This document shows positions 27,559-37,681 of a DNA stretch of 64,000 bases, piece by piece. The stretch covers positions 4,000,001 through 4,064,000 of the forward strand of contig CBDCOH010000002.1 of assembly GCA_965219685.1 (NCBI GenBank), given 5' to 3'. The notes beneath the pieces were generated by a model that did no database searches, had not been told where the DNA came from, and saw only the letters and a list, made by a program, of their open reading frames with translations. The stretch comes from Candidatus Spongiisociaceae bacterium. GTDB taxonomy: Bacteria; Actinomycetota; Acidimicrobiia; Spongiisociales; Spongiisociaceae. Within the stretch, counting starts at the first letter, position 1; each line of letters opens with the position of its first letter. A program made the translations under genes and the position numbers.

Positions 27559-28350
27559 ATGACAATCCGTCGCCGAATCGTCGATACGCCGCACGGGCAG
27601 ATGCATGTGAGGGCTACCGACGGGGAGGGACTCCCGCTGCTGCTGCTCCACCAGTCGCCGCGCAGCGGACTCATGTACGAACCGCTCATGGAGCGTTGCA
27701 GCCGTCCGACGATGGCGCCGGACCGGCTGGGCTACGGGTTCTCCGATCCCGGGCCCGACGATCCGGCCATCGAAACCTACGCGGAGTCCACGATGGCGGT
27801 GGTGGACGACGCCGGCTGGGATGCCTTCGACATCCTCGGGATCCACACCGGTTCCATGGAGGCCGTGGCTATCGGCATCGGGTGGCCGGATCGGGTGAAC
27901 CGGGTGGCGATCGTGGCGGTCCCCGTGTTCAACGACGAGGAGGCGGCCGAGATAGCGACTCTCTACGCGGAGCCGCGGGCAAGGCCGGTCGACGACGGCT
28001 CCCACCTGCTCGAGTACTGGCGGGCCCGGCTGGTGTGGCGGGATCCGCCCTACGACCTGCAACATCTGCAGAGCCTCACGGTTGAGGAACTGCTGGTGGG
28101 TGATCGGGCGCATATCGCGTACCGGGCGGTGGTCGGCTGGCCGATGCAACGGAAACTCGACGAGTTACCGGTTCCCTTGGTGGTCTTCGCCCCGCACGAC
28201 GATCTCATCGTGCAGACGGCGTACATGCGCGACAGGCTTCCCCCAGGGACCGTCTACGTAGACCTGCCCCACATGGACATGGACATCTTCCATCGCCACG
28301 CCGACGAGATGGCCTCCCTAGTGGCCGAACACCTACCTGGTGAGTGGTGA
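27559..28350 (+). CDS. Alpha/beta-hydrolase-fold protein (GxHTG variant)
   Basis: LLLHQSP, PDRLGYGFSD, ILGIHTGS. Confidence 0.85.
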   Translation: MTIRRRIVDTPHGQMHVRATDGEGLPLLLLHQSPRSGLMYEPLMERCSRPTMAPDRLGYGFSDPGPDDPAIETYAESTMAVVDDAGWDAFDILGIHTGSMEAVAIGIGWPDRVNRVAIVAVPVFNDEEAAEIATLYAEPRARPVDDGSHLLEYWRARLVWRDPPYDLQHLQSLTVEELLVGDRAHIAYRAVVGWPMQRKLDELPVPLVVFAPHDDLIVQTAYMRDRLPPGTVYVDLPHMDMDIFHRHADEMASLVAEHLPGEW

Positions 28351-28385
28351 GTGGTGAGTGGTGAGTGGTGAGTGGTGAGTGGTGG
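28338..28385. repeat. Heptamer array (GGTGAGT)n supplying the upstream gene's stop codon
   Basis: Read directly from the sequence. Confidence 0.9.
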
Positions 28386-28465
28386 TAACTCTTCGGGGTA
28401 ATCAGCTACCGAGCTAGGACCAGGTCGCGATGCGCCAGGTCCGGTAGCCGTTTACTGGCACCTCG

Positions 28466-29947
28466 TCAACGGGTCCCTGGTCTGCGGAGCAGGGGCAGGC
28501 CTACCAGCACGCCGAGGCCGAAGACAATGCCGGCCAGGATCATGAGGTTGCCGAATGCGTCGCCGGAGGCGGATCGGATTACGGCTTCGACCTCATACGG
28601 CATGGAGGTTTCGAAACTGGCGAACCTGACGCTGTCGGCGTCGTAACCGAGCGATTCCAGGGCGCCGCGGGAGCGGAACTGGGTGGCGAAGGTGGCAAAC
28701 GTCCCGAAGAGAGCGACCGAGAACGAGGCTCCGACCTGGCGCACCGCACTCAGAGAGGCTGACCCGGCCGATGCGAACGTTGGCGGCACGCTGCTGACTA
28801 TGGCGGTGCTCTCGATCGAGAAGTGCCATCCGAGGGCCAGGCCGAAGAGGGCCAGGGGCGGAAGGATCGCAGCTATCGAGGAAGCCGAGTTTGCCACTAG
28901 GCCGAACCAGACCAACGAGGTCGCCATGAGGACCATGCCCATGATCAGCGGCCGCTCGAACCCCAGGCGGTCCCCTGCGGTACCTGCCAGGTAGGGGCTG
29001 AAGGTCAGCGGAACGAACACGATGGCGAGGATCACCCCGGCCGTCCACGGGCTCATCGACAGTACGGACTGCAGGTACAGGACGATGAGGAAGAACACAC
29101 CAGTGACGGCGGTGTTGGCGCAGACGCCGATTCGCAGCACCGTTCCGAATGAGGAGTTGGCGAACAGCGCCGGGTCGACCATCGGATGATCCGACCGGCG
29201 CTCGACCAGGACGAATGCGGCTGCTGTCGCCAGCCCCAACGCCACGCTCGCCCAGACGATGGGGGAGGTCAGACCGCGCCGACCGGCCTCGACGAAACCG
29301 AAGGTGAGGAAGAACAGGGCTACGGTCGCGGTGGCCATGCCCGGATAGTCGATGCTGGCCTGTCTCCTCACCCGGTCGTCCGGCACGAACTTGACCATCC
29401 CGGCCGCCCCGATCACGGAGAACACGGCCGTCACCCAGAAGATTGCGGGCCAATCGAGGTGTTCCACCATCCATCCGGCCATCAGCGGGCCGGCGATCAG
29501 CGCCCCGGATGACAGGCCGATCCAGATCCCGACGGCTTTCCCCCGTTCGCGTTCATCGAAGACCACGCCGATCTGGGCCAGAGCGTTGGGGAACAGCAGC
29601 GCCATCCCGAACCCCTGCACTGCCCTTGCGCCGAGCAGCAGTCCGACCGTCGGGGTGAGCGCCGCGGCGATCGTACCGGCCAGGTACAACCAGTATCCCA
29701 ACAGCATGGTCCGGCGCCGACCGTAGAGATCCCCGAGCGACGCGCTGAGCGGCAGCAGGGTGGCGTTGCCGAGCGCGAACATGACGGTGATCCACTGCAG
29801 GTCCGAGATCGACGCTCCGAGGTCGCGGCCGATCGTCGGGAGAGCGACGATGACCATCGTGCCGTCGAGGTTGGGGATCCCCAATGCCGGGAACAGAGCT
29901 ACGAGTACCCACCATCGACTTCGGCCGGGCGGGTTGGGCGGTGACAC
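28466..29947 (-). CDS. DHA2 (EmrB/QacA-like) MFS transporter
   Basis: LDGTMVIVALPTIGRDL, LGDLYGRRR, ARAVQGFG; about 14 TM segments. Confidence 0.9.
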   Translation of the reverse strand: MSPPNPPGRSRWWVLVALFPALGIPNLDGTMVIVALPTIGRDLGASISDLQWITVMFALGNATLLPLSASLGDLYGRRRTMLLGYWLYLAGTIAAALTPTVGLLLGARAVQGFGMALLFPNALAQIGVVFDERERGKAVGIWIGLSSGALIAGPLMAGWMVEHLDWPAIFWVTAVFSVIGAAGMVKFVPDDRVRRQASIDYPGMATATVALFFLTFGFVEAGRRGLTSPIVWASVALGLATAAAFVLVERRSDHPMVDPALFANSSFGTVLRIGVCANTAVTGVFFLIVLYLQSVLSMSPWTAGVILAIVFVPLTFSPYLAGTAGDRLGFERPLIMGMVLMATSLVWFGLVANSASSIAAILPPLALFGLALGWHFSIESTAIVSSVPPTFASAGSASLSAVRQVGASFSVALFGTFATFATQFRSRGALESLGYDADSVRFASFETSMPYEVEAVIRSASGDAFGNLMILAGIVFGLGVLVGLPLLRRPGTR

Positions 29948-30056
29948 CTGAGCACGTTACTAGCGATTCGCGACGGGGCGAGGGGGTTCCCGGTACTATC
30001 TTGCTGGGCGGGCCTTCCTAGGCGGGCCTCCCTTCAGTTGGCGGCCGGGAGGGGAC

Positions 30057-30764
30057 GTGTTCGAGCCTTACGTACTTCTCAAGACGCTGCATGTCCTGCT
30101 GATCGCAACCTGGCTGGGGATGGACTTCGGGACCTTCATCTCCTACAAGCGGATGCGCGACGCCTCGCTCTCGATCGACACCCGCAAGCAGATGTACCGG
30201 GTGTTCGCGTTCATCGACATGGGCCCCCGGTCCTCCCTGGTGCTCATGCTGACCCTCGGTGTGGCCCTCACCTACATGGGAGGGTGGGGCTTCGCCGGTT
30301 CTGGAGGGCGCGCCTTTGCCATCGTGGTGGCCATCCTGGGGATCGTCTGGGTGGCGGCCATGTGGCACCAGTACTGGGTGCATGAGGCGCCGCCGGGCGA
30401 GCCGAGGCCTGAGCTGCACGTGAGGATCCAGAAGGTGTTCCGTCCCCTCGACATCTGGCTCCGGGTGGGGCTCGCCGGGGGTCTCGCAGTCGCCGCCGTT
30501 GTCTCGCTTGCCGGCGGGGACGGACCGATCCACGCCAACTGGCTCTCGTGGAAGCTGATCCTTTTCGCGGGCATCGTGATGTCGGGCGTCGGCATCCGGA
30601 TCTTCCTCCCGGCTGTGGCCAGCGCCGTAGCCGAGATCTTCACCAAGGGTTCGACCCCCGAGCGAGAAGCAGCTTTGACCGCCGGATCGCGCCGGACCAT
30701 CTGGTTCGTGTACGCCATCTGGGTGCTGATCATCGCCATCTCGTGGGTGGCGATCGCGGGGTAG
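30057..30764 (+). CDS. Hypothetical polytopic membrane protein
   Basis: LKTLHVLL..WLGMDFG, IDMGPR, WLSWK; about 6 hydrophobic segments. Confidence 0.75.
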   Translation: MFEPYVLLKTLHVLLIATWLGMDFGTFISYKRMRDASLSIDTRKQMYRVFAFIDMGPRSSLVLMLTLGVALTYMGGWGFAGSGGRAFAIVVAILGIVWVAAMWHQYWVHEAPPGEPRPELHVRIQKVFRPLDIWLRVGLAGGLAVAAVVSLAGGDGPIHANWLSWKLILFAGIVMSGVGIRIFLPAVASAVAEIFTKGSTPEREAALTAGSRRTIWFVYAIWVLIIAISWVAIAG

Positions 30765-30771
30765 GCAGGAG

Positions 30772-31203
30772 GTGAGCGAGCTCAGGAGGCGCCTCGCCCG
30801 AGTGGTGGGGATCTGGGAAGGCACGTACACCTCGGTCACGCCGACCGGGGAGTTGATCGAGCGGTACCGGAGCCGCCAGGAGACCAGGCTCGACGGCGAC
30901 GTGTGGCGCGAGCGCATCACTTACTTTCGCGAAGATCAGGAACCTCAGACCTACGACTTCACGGGCCGGTTCGAAGGCGAGATGCTCCTGTTCGAGGACG
31001 ACGACATCTCCGGCGACACCTACTTCGTAGGTGACGACATCCTGGTACTGCCTTACACGTGGAAGTCACGTCCGGACGAGCAGGTGGTCGAGACCGTGAT
31101 CCTGGCCACTCCCTCCCACAAGGCCCGCATCTGGCAGGTCTTCGACAGCGGGGAACTGGTCCGCGTGATGATCATCAGCGAGCATCTAGTCGGTAGTCGG
31201 TAG
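30772..31203 (+). CDS. Beta-barrel (DUF3598/lipocalin-like) protein
   Basis: GIWEGTY N-terminal lipocalin-like GxW motif; beta-rich. Confidence 0.6.
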   Translation: MSELRRRLARVVGIWEGTYTSVTPTGELIERYRSRQETRLDGDVWRERITYFREDQEPQTYDFTGRFEGEMLLFEDDDISGDTYFVGDDILVLPYTWKSRPDEQVVETVILATPSHKARIWQVFDSGELVRVMIISEHLVGSR

Positions 31204-31317
31204 TCGGTAGTCGGTAGTCGGTAGTCGGTAGTCGGTAGTGGCCCTTCTGGCAACCATTCACCATTCACCATTCACCATTCACCATTCACCATTCACCATT
31301 CACCATTCACCATTCAC
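31187..31317. repeat. Two heptamer arrays (TAGTCGG)~7 and (CCATTCA)~9 with a short spacer
   Basis: Read directly from the sequence. Confidence 0.92.
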
Positions 31318-31346
31318 GCCGCCCGAGGGGTGGTACCATGTATGGC

Positions 31347-31556
31347 ATGAGGAAGACCACGGTCTATCTGCCGGACTCGCTCAAGCGCGAGGTGGAACGC
31401 CAGGCTCGCAGGCGCTCGTGCTCCGAGGCGGAGGTAATCCGGCAAGCGATTCGGGATGCGATCGCGCGTCCTGAGCCCCGGCCCGGGATCATCCCGGGAG
31501 GCGACTCCTGGGCGGAGCGTGTCGACGACCACTTGGGGGGATTCGGCGATAGATGA
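31347..31556 (+). CDS. vapB: CopG/RHH antitoxin
   Basis: MRKTTVYLPD..K......SEAEVIRQAI, C-terminal LGGFG; overlaps the PIN gene. Confidence 0.88.
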   Translation: MRKTTVYLPDSLKREVERQARRRSCSEAEVIRQAIRDAIARPEPRPGIIPGGDSWAERVDDHLGGFGDR

Positions 31557-31966
31557 TCATTGCCGACACCAGCGGCCTCATCGCCTTCTTCAGCGAGTCG
31601 GGACGGCATCACGAGGCAGTTGTAGCCTGGTTGGAGGGAAACAACCGGACAATGGTGGTCTCCCCATTCGTCATAGCCGAGGTCGACTACCTGGTGGCGA
31701 CCCGCAAGGGGCTGGAAGCAGAGTTGAGCGTCCTTCGGGAGTTGGCCGGTGGCGCCTACGAACTGCCCGCGATGAGCGCCGAGGATATCGAAGCGGCGGC
31801 CGAAGTGGTGCATCGTTATCGCGACCTGGGGATCGGGATCGCCGATGCGTCTCTGGTGATACTGGCCGAGCGGTACGGCACGCGCACCATCCTGACGCTG
31901 GACCGGAGGCTCGGGGTCGTGCGCCCGCTGGGTGGCGGTCACTTCGAGATCATCCCCGGACGTTGA
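31553..31966 (+). CDS. vapC: PIN-domain toxin
   Basis: IIADTSG, AEVDYL, DASLV, ILTLDRR. Confidence 0.92.
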   Translation: MIIADTSGLIAFFSESGRHHEAVVAWLEGNNRTMVVSPFVIAEVDYLVATRKGLEAELSVLRELAGGAYELPAMSAEDIEAAAEVVHRYRDLGIGIADASLVILAERYGTRTILTLDRRLGVVRPLGGGHFEIIPGR

Positions 31967-32044
31967 GCGTACTTTGACGGATCGAAGGGCACGGCGGGCA
32001 TCGGGACTAGTGTCGATAGGGGCGACCGAACGGAGGCGAGCGGT

Positions 32045-32986
32045 ATGTTTTCCGAGGTGAGACTGGGAACAATCTCCGTAGCGGACCTATCCAGGTCCGA
32101 GCGGTTCTATCGCGACGCCTTCGGGTACGCCGGCAAGGGGAGCGGTTCGCTGCGGGCCGATGATCGGGACGGTCGGGTGGGAGAGGCATGGATGATGCCT
32201 GCGGGATTGACCGCCAGGTACTCGGTGGTCGGGCCGGCCGGATGCGACAGTTGCCTGCTGCGCATCGTGGAGTTCGACGCCCCGGGCGAACCCATCTGGG
32301 GTGATGTGCCGGCCGGGAAGGTCATCGGCCTGTACGCCCTCAATATCAGGGTTCCCGAGATCCAAACCGGCTGGGAGCGGATAGTGGCCGCCGGTGGAGC
32401 CGTCAAGTCCCCTCCCACCCACTGGAACCTGAGCGACGGGTCTGCCTGGGACTCGCAGATCTACGATCCCGATGGCGTGCTCATCGACGCGTGGAGCGTG
32501 GAAGGGAAGATCGCCGACCGGCTGGGACCTGCGATGGAGCCGGCCAGCGAGTTGCAGACCATGGCCCTCCACGTGGGAGACGCGGTCCGCTCCAAGGAGT
32601 TCTACCTCTCCTTAGGATACGGCGTGCTCTACGACCAGGAGGTCACGGGCTTGGAGGAGTTCTTCGGCGTGCCCGGAGGCGTCGTCATGCACAACGTCAA
32701 CCTCATCATGGACCACACACCTGTCGGGCGGATGGAGATGAGCCAGTACCTGGGCTATCCGGGCATCGAAGTCAGAGAACGGGCCGTCCCTCCCAACCAC
32801 GGGATCCTCTCGGTCACCTTCGAGGTGGATGACCTGGAGGCTGCCTCCCGCCACGTGGTCTTGCTCGGCGCCGAGCCGGTCGGGGGACCGGTGGCCCTCG
32901 ACATGCCCCCCTTCGGTCCGATGCTCGCGTCGACCTTCCTCGGACCGGACGGGGAGATGATCGAAGTCTTCGAGCGCAAGGAGTGA
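32045..32986 (+). CDS. VOC (glyoxalase-like) family protein
   Basis: TISVADLSRSERFY, DPDGV, AVPPNHG, GPDGEMIEV. Confidence 0.85.
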   Translation: MFSEVRLGTISVADLSRSERFYRDAFGYAGKGSGSLRADDRDGRVGEAWMMPAGLTARYSVVGPAGCDSCLLRIVEFDAPGEPIWGDVPAGKVIGLYALNIRVPEIQTGWERIVAAGGAVKSPPTHWNLSDGSAWDSQIYDPDGVLIDAWSVEGKIADRLGPAMEPASELQTMALHVGDAVRSKEFYLSLGYGVLYDQEVTGLEEFFGVPGGVVMHNVNLIMDHTPVGRMEMSQYLGYPGIEVRERAVPPNHGILSVTFEVDDLEAASRHVVLLGAEPVGGPVALDMPPFGPMLASTFLGPDGEMIEVFERKE

Positions 32987-32988
32987 GC

Positions 32989-34404
32989 ATGTCCACGGGT
33001 TGGGATCTCGTAGTTGTCGGCGCCGGTACCGCCGGTATCCCGGCTGCCATCTTCGGAGCCCGGCGGGGCCTGCGGGTCCTTGCCGTCGAGAAGAGCCACC
33101 AGGTGGGGGGAACCCTCTACCTCTCGGGCGGCCAGATGAGCGCCGCGGGAACCCGCCACCAGCAACGGCACGGAGTGGAGGACACGCCGGAGGAGCACTT
33201 CCGCGATGTGATGGCCTTCTCGGAAGGCAAGGCCAACCGGGATCTGGTCCGCCTCGCCACCGGCAACGCTGCCGGCACCATCGACTGGCTGGACGACCTC
33301 GGCTTCGATTTCTCCCCCGAATGCCCCGCGCCCACCGTGCACTACCACCACAACCCGTACTCGAAGGCGCGTATGCACTGGGGCAACAGAGCCGGCTACT
33401 CGATCCTGGACCTGATCGTTCCCGAGTTCGAAGCCCTGGTCGCCGGCGGCTCGATCGGCTTAGCCCTCGATACTGCGCTGGTGGGCTTGGACAGGAGTGG
33501 TGACGGCAGCTGGGGCGTCCGCCTGCGCGGGCCGGACGGCGACTCGGAGCATGCGGCCCGGGCGGTGGCGCTCACGGCCGGAGGCTACACGGCCAACCCC
33601 GCCATGTTCCGGGAAGTCAGCCATGGCCGGCTCGTCTCTCCCGGTCTGACGACGGTGACCGGAGACGCACACCGCATCGTCACGGGGCTGGGAGGCAGCT
33701 TGCGGAACGGCGAGCGGTGGTTGCCCACGTTCGGTGGGATCGAGGATCCGGCTACGCCCCATCGCGCGCTCCACACCGACTACTGGGCGGCCCTCACGCC
33801 TCAGGTAAGGCCGCCATGGGAGATATACGTGAACGCCGCCGGCCGCCGGTTCATGTCCGAGGAGGAAGGCGATGAGGTGACCCGCGGACGAGCACTTCGC
33901 GCTCAGGAGGGCCACGTCTTCTGGGTGGTGTTCGACGAGGCGATCCTCGACCGGGCACCTGTCATCCTGCCGACGTGGGGCGCCGACGGGGTCCGATCCC
34001 GCGCAGGTGAGACACCCCCGGTGTTCAGGGGCGACTCGTTGAGGGACTTGGCGGCGGCAGCCGGGATCGACCCGGCGGGACTCGAGGCGACAGTGTCCGC
34101 TTACAACGCCGCGGTCAGGGGTGAGCCTGACGGGCTGGGTCGCCGACACCTACCGCTGCCCATCGTCACGCCTCCCTTCTACGCGGTCGAGAACCATGCC
34201 ACGACTTTGCGTACCCCCGGCGGGGTGACCGTCGACGGCGGGCTCCAAGTCCTCGATAACGAGGGCCGACCGTTCGGCGGGCTATATGCTGCGGGTGAGG
34301 TGCTGGGCAGCGCGGTGTTCAGCGGCGGCGGAGCAGCCGCCGGTATGAGCATCACGCCCGCCATGACGTTCGGCCGGTTGCTCGGGTCGAGCCTCGTTAT
34401 CTGA
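32989..34404 (+). CDS. FAD-dependent oxidoreductase (flavocytochrome c-like)
   Basis: DLVVVGAGTAG, LTAGGY, VNAAGRRF, PPFYA, GLYAAGE. Confidence 0.88.
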   Translation: MSTGWDLVVVGAGTAGIPAAIFGARRGLRVLAVEKSHQVGGTLYLSGGQMSAAGTRHQQRHGVEDTPEEHFRDVMAFSEGKANRDLVRLATGNAAGTIDWLDDLGFDFSPECPAPTVHYHHNPYSKARMHWGNRAGYSILDLIVPEFEALVAGGSIGLALDTALVGLDRSGDGSWGVRLRGPDGDSEHAARAVALTAGGYTANPAMFREVSHGRLVSPGLTTVTGDAHRIVTGLGGSLRNGERWLPTFGGIEDPATPHRALHTDYWAALTPQVRPPWEIYVNAAGRRFMSEEEGDEVTRGRALRAQEGHVFWVVFDEAILDRAPVILPTWGADGVRSRAGETPPVFRGDSLRDLAAAAGIDPAGLEATVSAYNAAVRGEPDGLGRRHLPLPIVTPPFYAVENHATTLRTPGGVTVDGGLQVLDNEGRPFGGLYAAGEVLGSAVFSGGGAAAGMSITPAMTFGRLLGSSLVI

Positions 34405-34429
34405 CGAATACTGGGCACAAGGAGTTGAA

Positions 34430-35584
34430 ATGCCTCAAAACGGTCGCGGTGTGATCGACGCGGACTCCCATGTGGGACTCGCACTGGACACATGGGATCG
34501 ATTCCTCGACCCAGGCATGGCGAGCCATCCTCGCCGACCGCGTTTCGTGCAGGAAGACGGCATCCATTACTTCATGGCGGATCGCTACCGGTGGCCTTCG
34601 CAGACGGGGAGGCTTCCGTACCGGACCCCTTCCGGACACGCGCCGGGTCCGCGCGGAGGAGTTGACGCCGAGTACCGCATGAGGGACTTCATGGATCCCG
34701 AAGGTGTCGACCGCGGCATGCTGATGCCCGGGCGGTTCATGTCGGCGATCTCCTACTTCGAGGACCGCGCGATCGGAAACGCTCAGGCGCAGGCCTACAA
34801 CGACTGGCTGGCTGACTTCTGCGGCGCCTACCCGACCCGCTTGTTCGGGTTCGGGGTCGTCAATGTGGCCGATCCCGAAGCGGCCGTGGCAGAGATGCGC
34901 AGGTGCGTTCACGATCTGGGGTTCCCGGCCATCTACATCTCGCCTTCGGTAGTGGGCCGGAATCCCGCGGACTACCGGGTGATGTCCGACGAGCACTTCT
35001 ATCCCGTGTACGAGGAGGCAACCCGGCTCGATGTCCCGCTGTCCATCCATGCTTTCAGCGATCCCCATGTGGAGGGACATGGCCACAACTGGCCGCGGGC
35101 GGGTTCGATGCTCTGGAGCGACATAGTCGGTTTCCCGTTCCAGGGCATGCAGGTGTTCGTCAACCTCGTCCTGGGCGGGGTCTGCGATGCGTTCCCGGAG
35201 ACGAGGTTCGGGATCTTCGAATCGGGTCTGGGATGGATGCCGATGGTCATCGACCGGATACACGAGCGCCAGGAGAAGTTCACCGAGCTCGTGAAGATGG
35301 CCGCGCCCGAGATGGAACTCCTACCGGAGGAGTACATCCAACGTCAGATCTGGATGGGGTTCGAACCCGAGGATCCCTTCCTGCCCCACTTCATCGAGTG
35401 GACCAAGGCTCCCCATCGGACGTTGCTCTCGATCGACTATCCCCACCTCGACTACGAACCCGGCCAGGTCGAAGGGTTCCGCGCTCGCGACGACGTGTCG
35501 GACGATCACATCAGGATGGCGGAGTGGGACAACTCCATCGACTACTTCAGATGGGAGGACACCGGAGTGGTGAATGGTGAGTAG
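34430..35584 (+). CDS. Amidohydrolase_2 family protein
   Basis: IDADSH, AYNDWLADFC, LSIH, FESGLGW, DYPHLD. Confidence 0.9.
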   Translation: MPQNGRGVIDADSHVGLALDTWDRFLDPGMASHPRRPRFVQEDGIHYFMADRYRWPSQTGRLPYRTPSGHAPGPRGGVDAEYRMRDFMDPEGVDRGMLMPGRFMSAISYFEDRAIGNAQAQAYNDWLADFCGAYPTRLFGFGVVNVADPEAAVAEMRRCVHDLGFPAIYISPSVVGRNPADYRVMSDEHFYPVYEEATRLDVPLSIHAFSDPHVEGHGHNWPRAGSMLWSDIVGFPFQGMQVFVNLVLGGVCDAFPETRFGIFESGLGWMPMVIDRIHERQEKFTELVKMAAPEMELLPEEYIQRQIWMGFEPEDPFLPHFIEWTKAPHRTLLSIDYPHLDYEPGQVEGFRARDDVSDDHIRMAEWDNSIDYFRWEDTGVVNGE

Positions 35585-35693
35585 TGAATGGTGAATAGTG
35601 AGTAATGGGTAGTGGTCAACTATCCGTATTAGCGGGCATCAAATGGCATACCCTTCACCAGTCACCAGTCACCAGTCACCATTCACCATTCAC
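35566..35693. repeat. Inverted pair of heptamer arrays (GGTGAAT/AGTGAAT ... CACCAGT/CACCATT)
   Basis: Read directly from the sequence; the left array supplies the amidohydrolase stop. Confidence 0.8.
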
Positions 35694-35695
35694 AA

Positions 35696-35724
35696 GGAGC
35701 GGCGCCCCGACGGGGCGCCGCTCC
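35696..35724 (-). terminator. Intrinsic terminator hairpin
   Basis: GGAGCGGCGCCCC-gac-GGGGCGCCGCTCC, a perfect 13-bp stem downstream of the SBP gene. Confidence 0.8.
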
Positions 35725-35747
35725 TGGGTCGATTCGGAAGGCTGCGC

Positions 35748-37466
35748 CTAGGCGAAGTTCCACTCCTGCTGGCGGATGTGGTTCACCCTCAGCAGGCCTG
35801 GGTCGATTCCCTGCAGGTTGTCGGCGTGGGCCGCTATCAGGGGTGGATACACCGGTGGGACGGACACGGCGTCCTCCGCGACGATCCGGTTGCCTTCCTT
35901 CCACAGCTCGATCTGGCGGTTCACGTCGTCGGTGGCGTCCACCTCGTCGAGGATCGCGTCGAGCCGGGGGCTGTTGTACTTGTGGAAGTTGGCCGGATCC
36001 TGGGAGTGGTTGACGCCAAGGACCACCCACGGCGTGTTACCCGCCGAGTAGCCCTCCTGGCTCGCCACCGAGATTACGTTGAACCCGCCGGTCACCCACC
36101 GGTTCACCCACGGACCGCTGTCCAGGATGACCAGGTTGGCCTTGAGGCCCGCCGCCAGCCAGTCGTTGGTCATGGCGACCATCGTGTCCCGGGTGAGGTT
36201 GTCGTTCTGGATGACGATGTCGAAGTCGACGACGTCGTTCTCGCCGTAGCCGGCCTGGGATAGGAGCGCGCGGGCCCTCTCGATGTCCGGCTCATCCGGG
36301 TACGGCCGGTAGCTCGGGTCGTAGCCGAGCGATGCCGAGTGGAGGGGCCCCGACGCCGTGACGGCCTTGCCCTGGAACACCACGTCGTTTACCCGCTTGC
36401 GGTTCATCGAGAAGGCCATCGCCTGGCGGACCAGGATGTTGTCCGTCGGCGGGTTCTCCACCTGCTCGAACCACAGGATGTCGACCGGGGCGTTGGCTGT
36501 GAGCGCCGTCAGGTTGGGTTGGGCCTCCAGTACCGGTAGATCGCTGAACCTCGGGTCGCCGAGATAATGCGACCGGCCGCTCAACAGGTTGACGAGCCGG
36601 GCGCCCGGATCCGGCACGAAGTTGAAGCGGATGTCCTTGATGGCGGGCATATGTCCCGACCAGTGGTTCTCGTTGGCTGTCAGCGTGGCGAACTGGCCGT
36701 CCACGAATTCGTTGAAGACGTAGGGTCCCGAGCCCATGTGGCTGTCGTTGACCTCTAACCAGTCCCGATGGCGGATATTGATGAGGGCCATCTTCGACAG
36801 CAGGAAGCTGTACGGGCGGTTCAGGTTGAACCTGACCGTCAGGTTGTCGACGGCCTCCACCGAGTCCACCGGGCGCAGGTGCGAACGCCAGATCCCGTTG
36901 CCCTGTATGAAGGTGTACAGGTCGGCCACCGCCTGAGCGTCGAGAGGATCGCCGTTGTGGAAGCTGACTCCGTCCCTGATCTTCACTTCCACGGTCAGGT
37001 CGTCGACCTTGTTCGGCATGCCGTCCGCCAGCCGCGGGACGATGTTGACATCGCTGTCCCAGTCGTAGAGCTTGTCCTCGACCATGTCGGCGATCCACTT
37101 CTGGTTCTGGATGTTCTGAACGGTCGAGTTGATCACCCGTGGCTGGATCCCCATCTCGAAGATGAGGGTCGGCTGCACGGCGGCCGGAGCCTGGGTCGTG
37201 GTCGTCGCCGGAGCGGTAGTGGTGGTGGTCTCGGCCATGGTCGTGGCGGGCTCGGCCGCCGCGGCTGTAGTGGTCGGGGCCGGTGGAGCGGTGGTCGCCG
37301 GAGCCACGGTCGTCGTGGCCGTGTCCGAACCGCATGCCACCAGGGTGAGACCGGCCGCGCTCGCCCAGGCCGATGTCTTCAGGAAGTCCCGGCGGGACAT
37401 TCCCAGCGCCCGGCGGCCCTCCTCGATGGTTGCCTCCTGCCTCTCGCGCCTCTTCCGCTCTGACAT
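35748..37466 (-). CDS. ABC transporter substrate-binding protein family 5 (Tat lipoprotein)
   Basis: SRRDFLK twin-Arg, LVAC lipobox, Thr/Ala linker, FHNG, GSGPY, VRQAMA. Confidence 0.92.
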   Translation of the reverse strand: MSERKRRERQEATIEEGRRALGMSRRDFLKTSAWASAAGLTLVACGSDTATTTVAPATTAPPAPTTTAAAAEPATTMAETTTTTAPATTTTQAPAAVQPTLIFEMGIQPRVINSTVQNIQNQKWIADMVEDKLYDWDSDVNIVPRLADGMPNKVDDLTVEVKIRDGVSFHNGDPLDAQAVADLYTFIQGNGIWRSHLRPVDSVEAVDNLTVRFNLNRPYSFLLSKMALINIRHRDWLEVNDSHMGSGPYVFNEFVDGQFATLTANENHWSGHMPAIKDIRFNFVPDPGARLVNLLSGRSHYLGDPRFSDLPVLEAQPNLTALTANAPVDILWFEQVENPPTDNILVRQAMAFSMNRKRVNDVVFQGKAVTASGPLHSASLGYDPSYRPYPDEPDIERARALLSQAGYGENDVVDFDIVIQNDNLTRDTMVAMTNDWLAAGLKANLVILDSGPWVNRWVTGGFNVISVASQEGYSAGNTPWVVLGVNHSQDPANFHKYNSPRLDAILDEVDATDDVNRQIELWKEGNRIVAEDAVSVPPVYPPLIAAHADNLQGIDPGLLRVNHIRQQEWNFA

Positions 37467-37681
37467 GTGAACCGTCCCTCCTCCGCGCCGCCCGCGCGTC
37501 GCTGTTACGACGATGGTTGCGAATACTAACCCGAGGGCAGCATGTGATGCCGGAGGTCAGGCTGCAAGTCCGTGCTCGCAGCTAGCGTGGGTCGGGCAGA
37601 TCCGAGTCCAAGAACGGATTCGCACCCGTTCAGGACTCGTTCTGGTGACGGTTCCGGGTTGAGGTTGATCGGGAGGTTGGA

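Noticed and set aside
21339-31317. Repeat arrays as CRISPR
   Set aside because: Units are 7 bp in direct tandem with no regular unique spacers, and no cas genes were seen.
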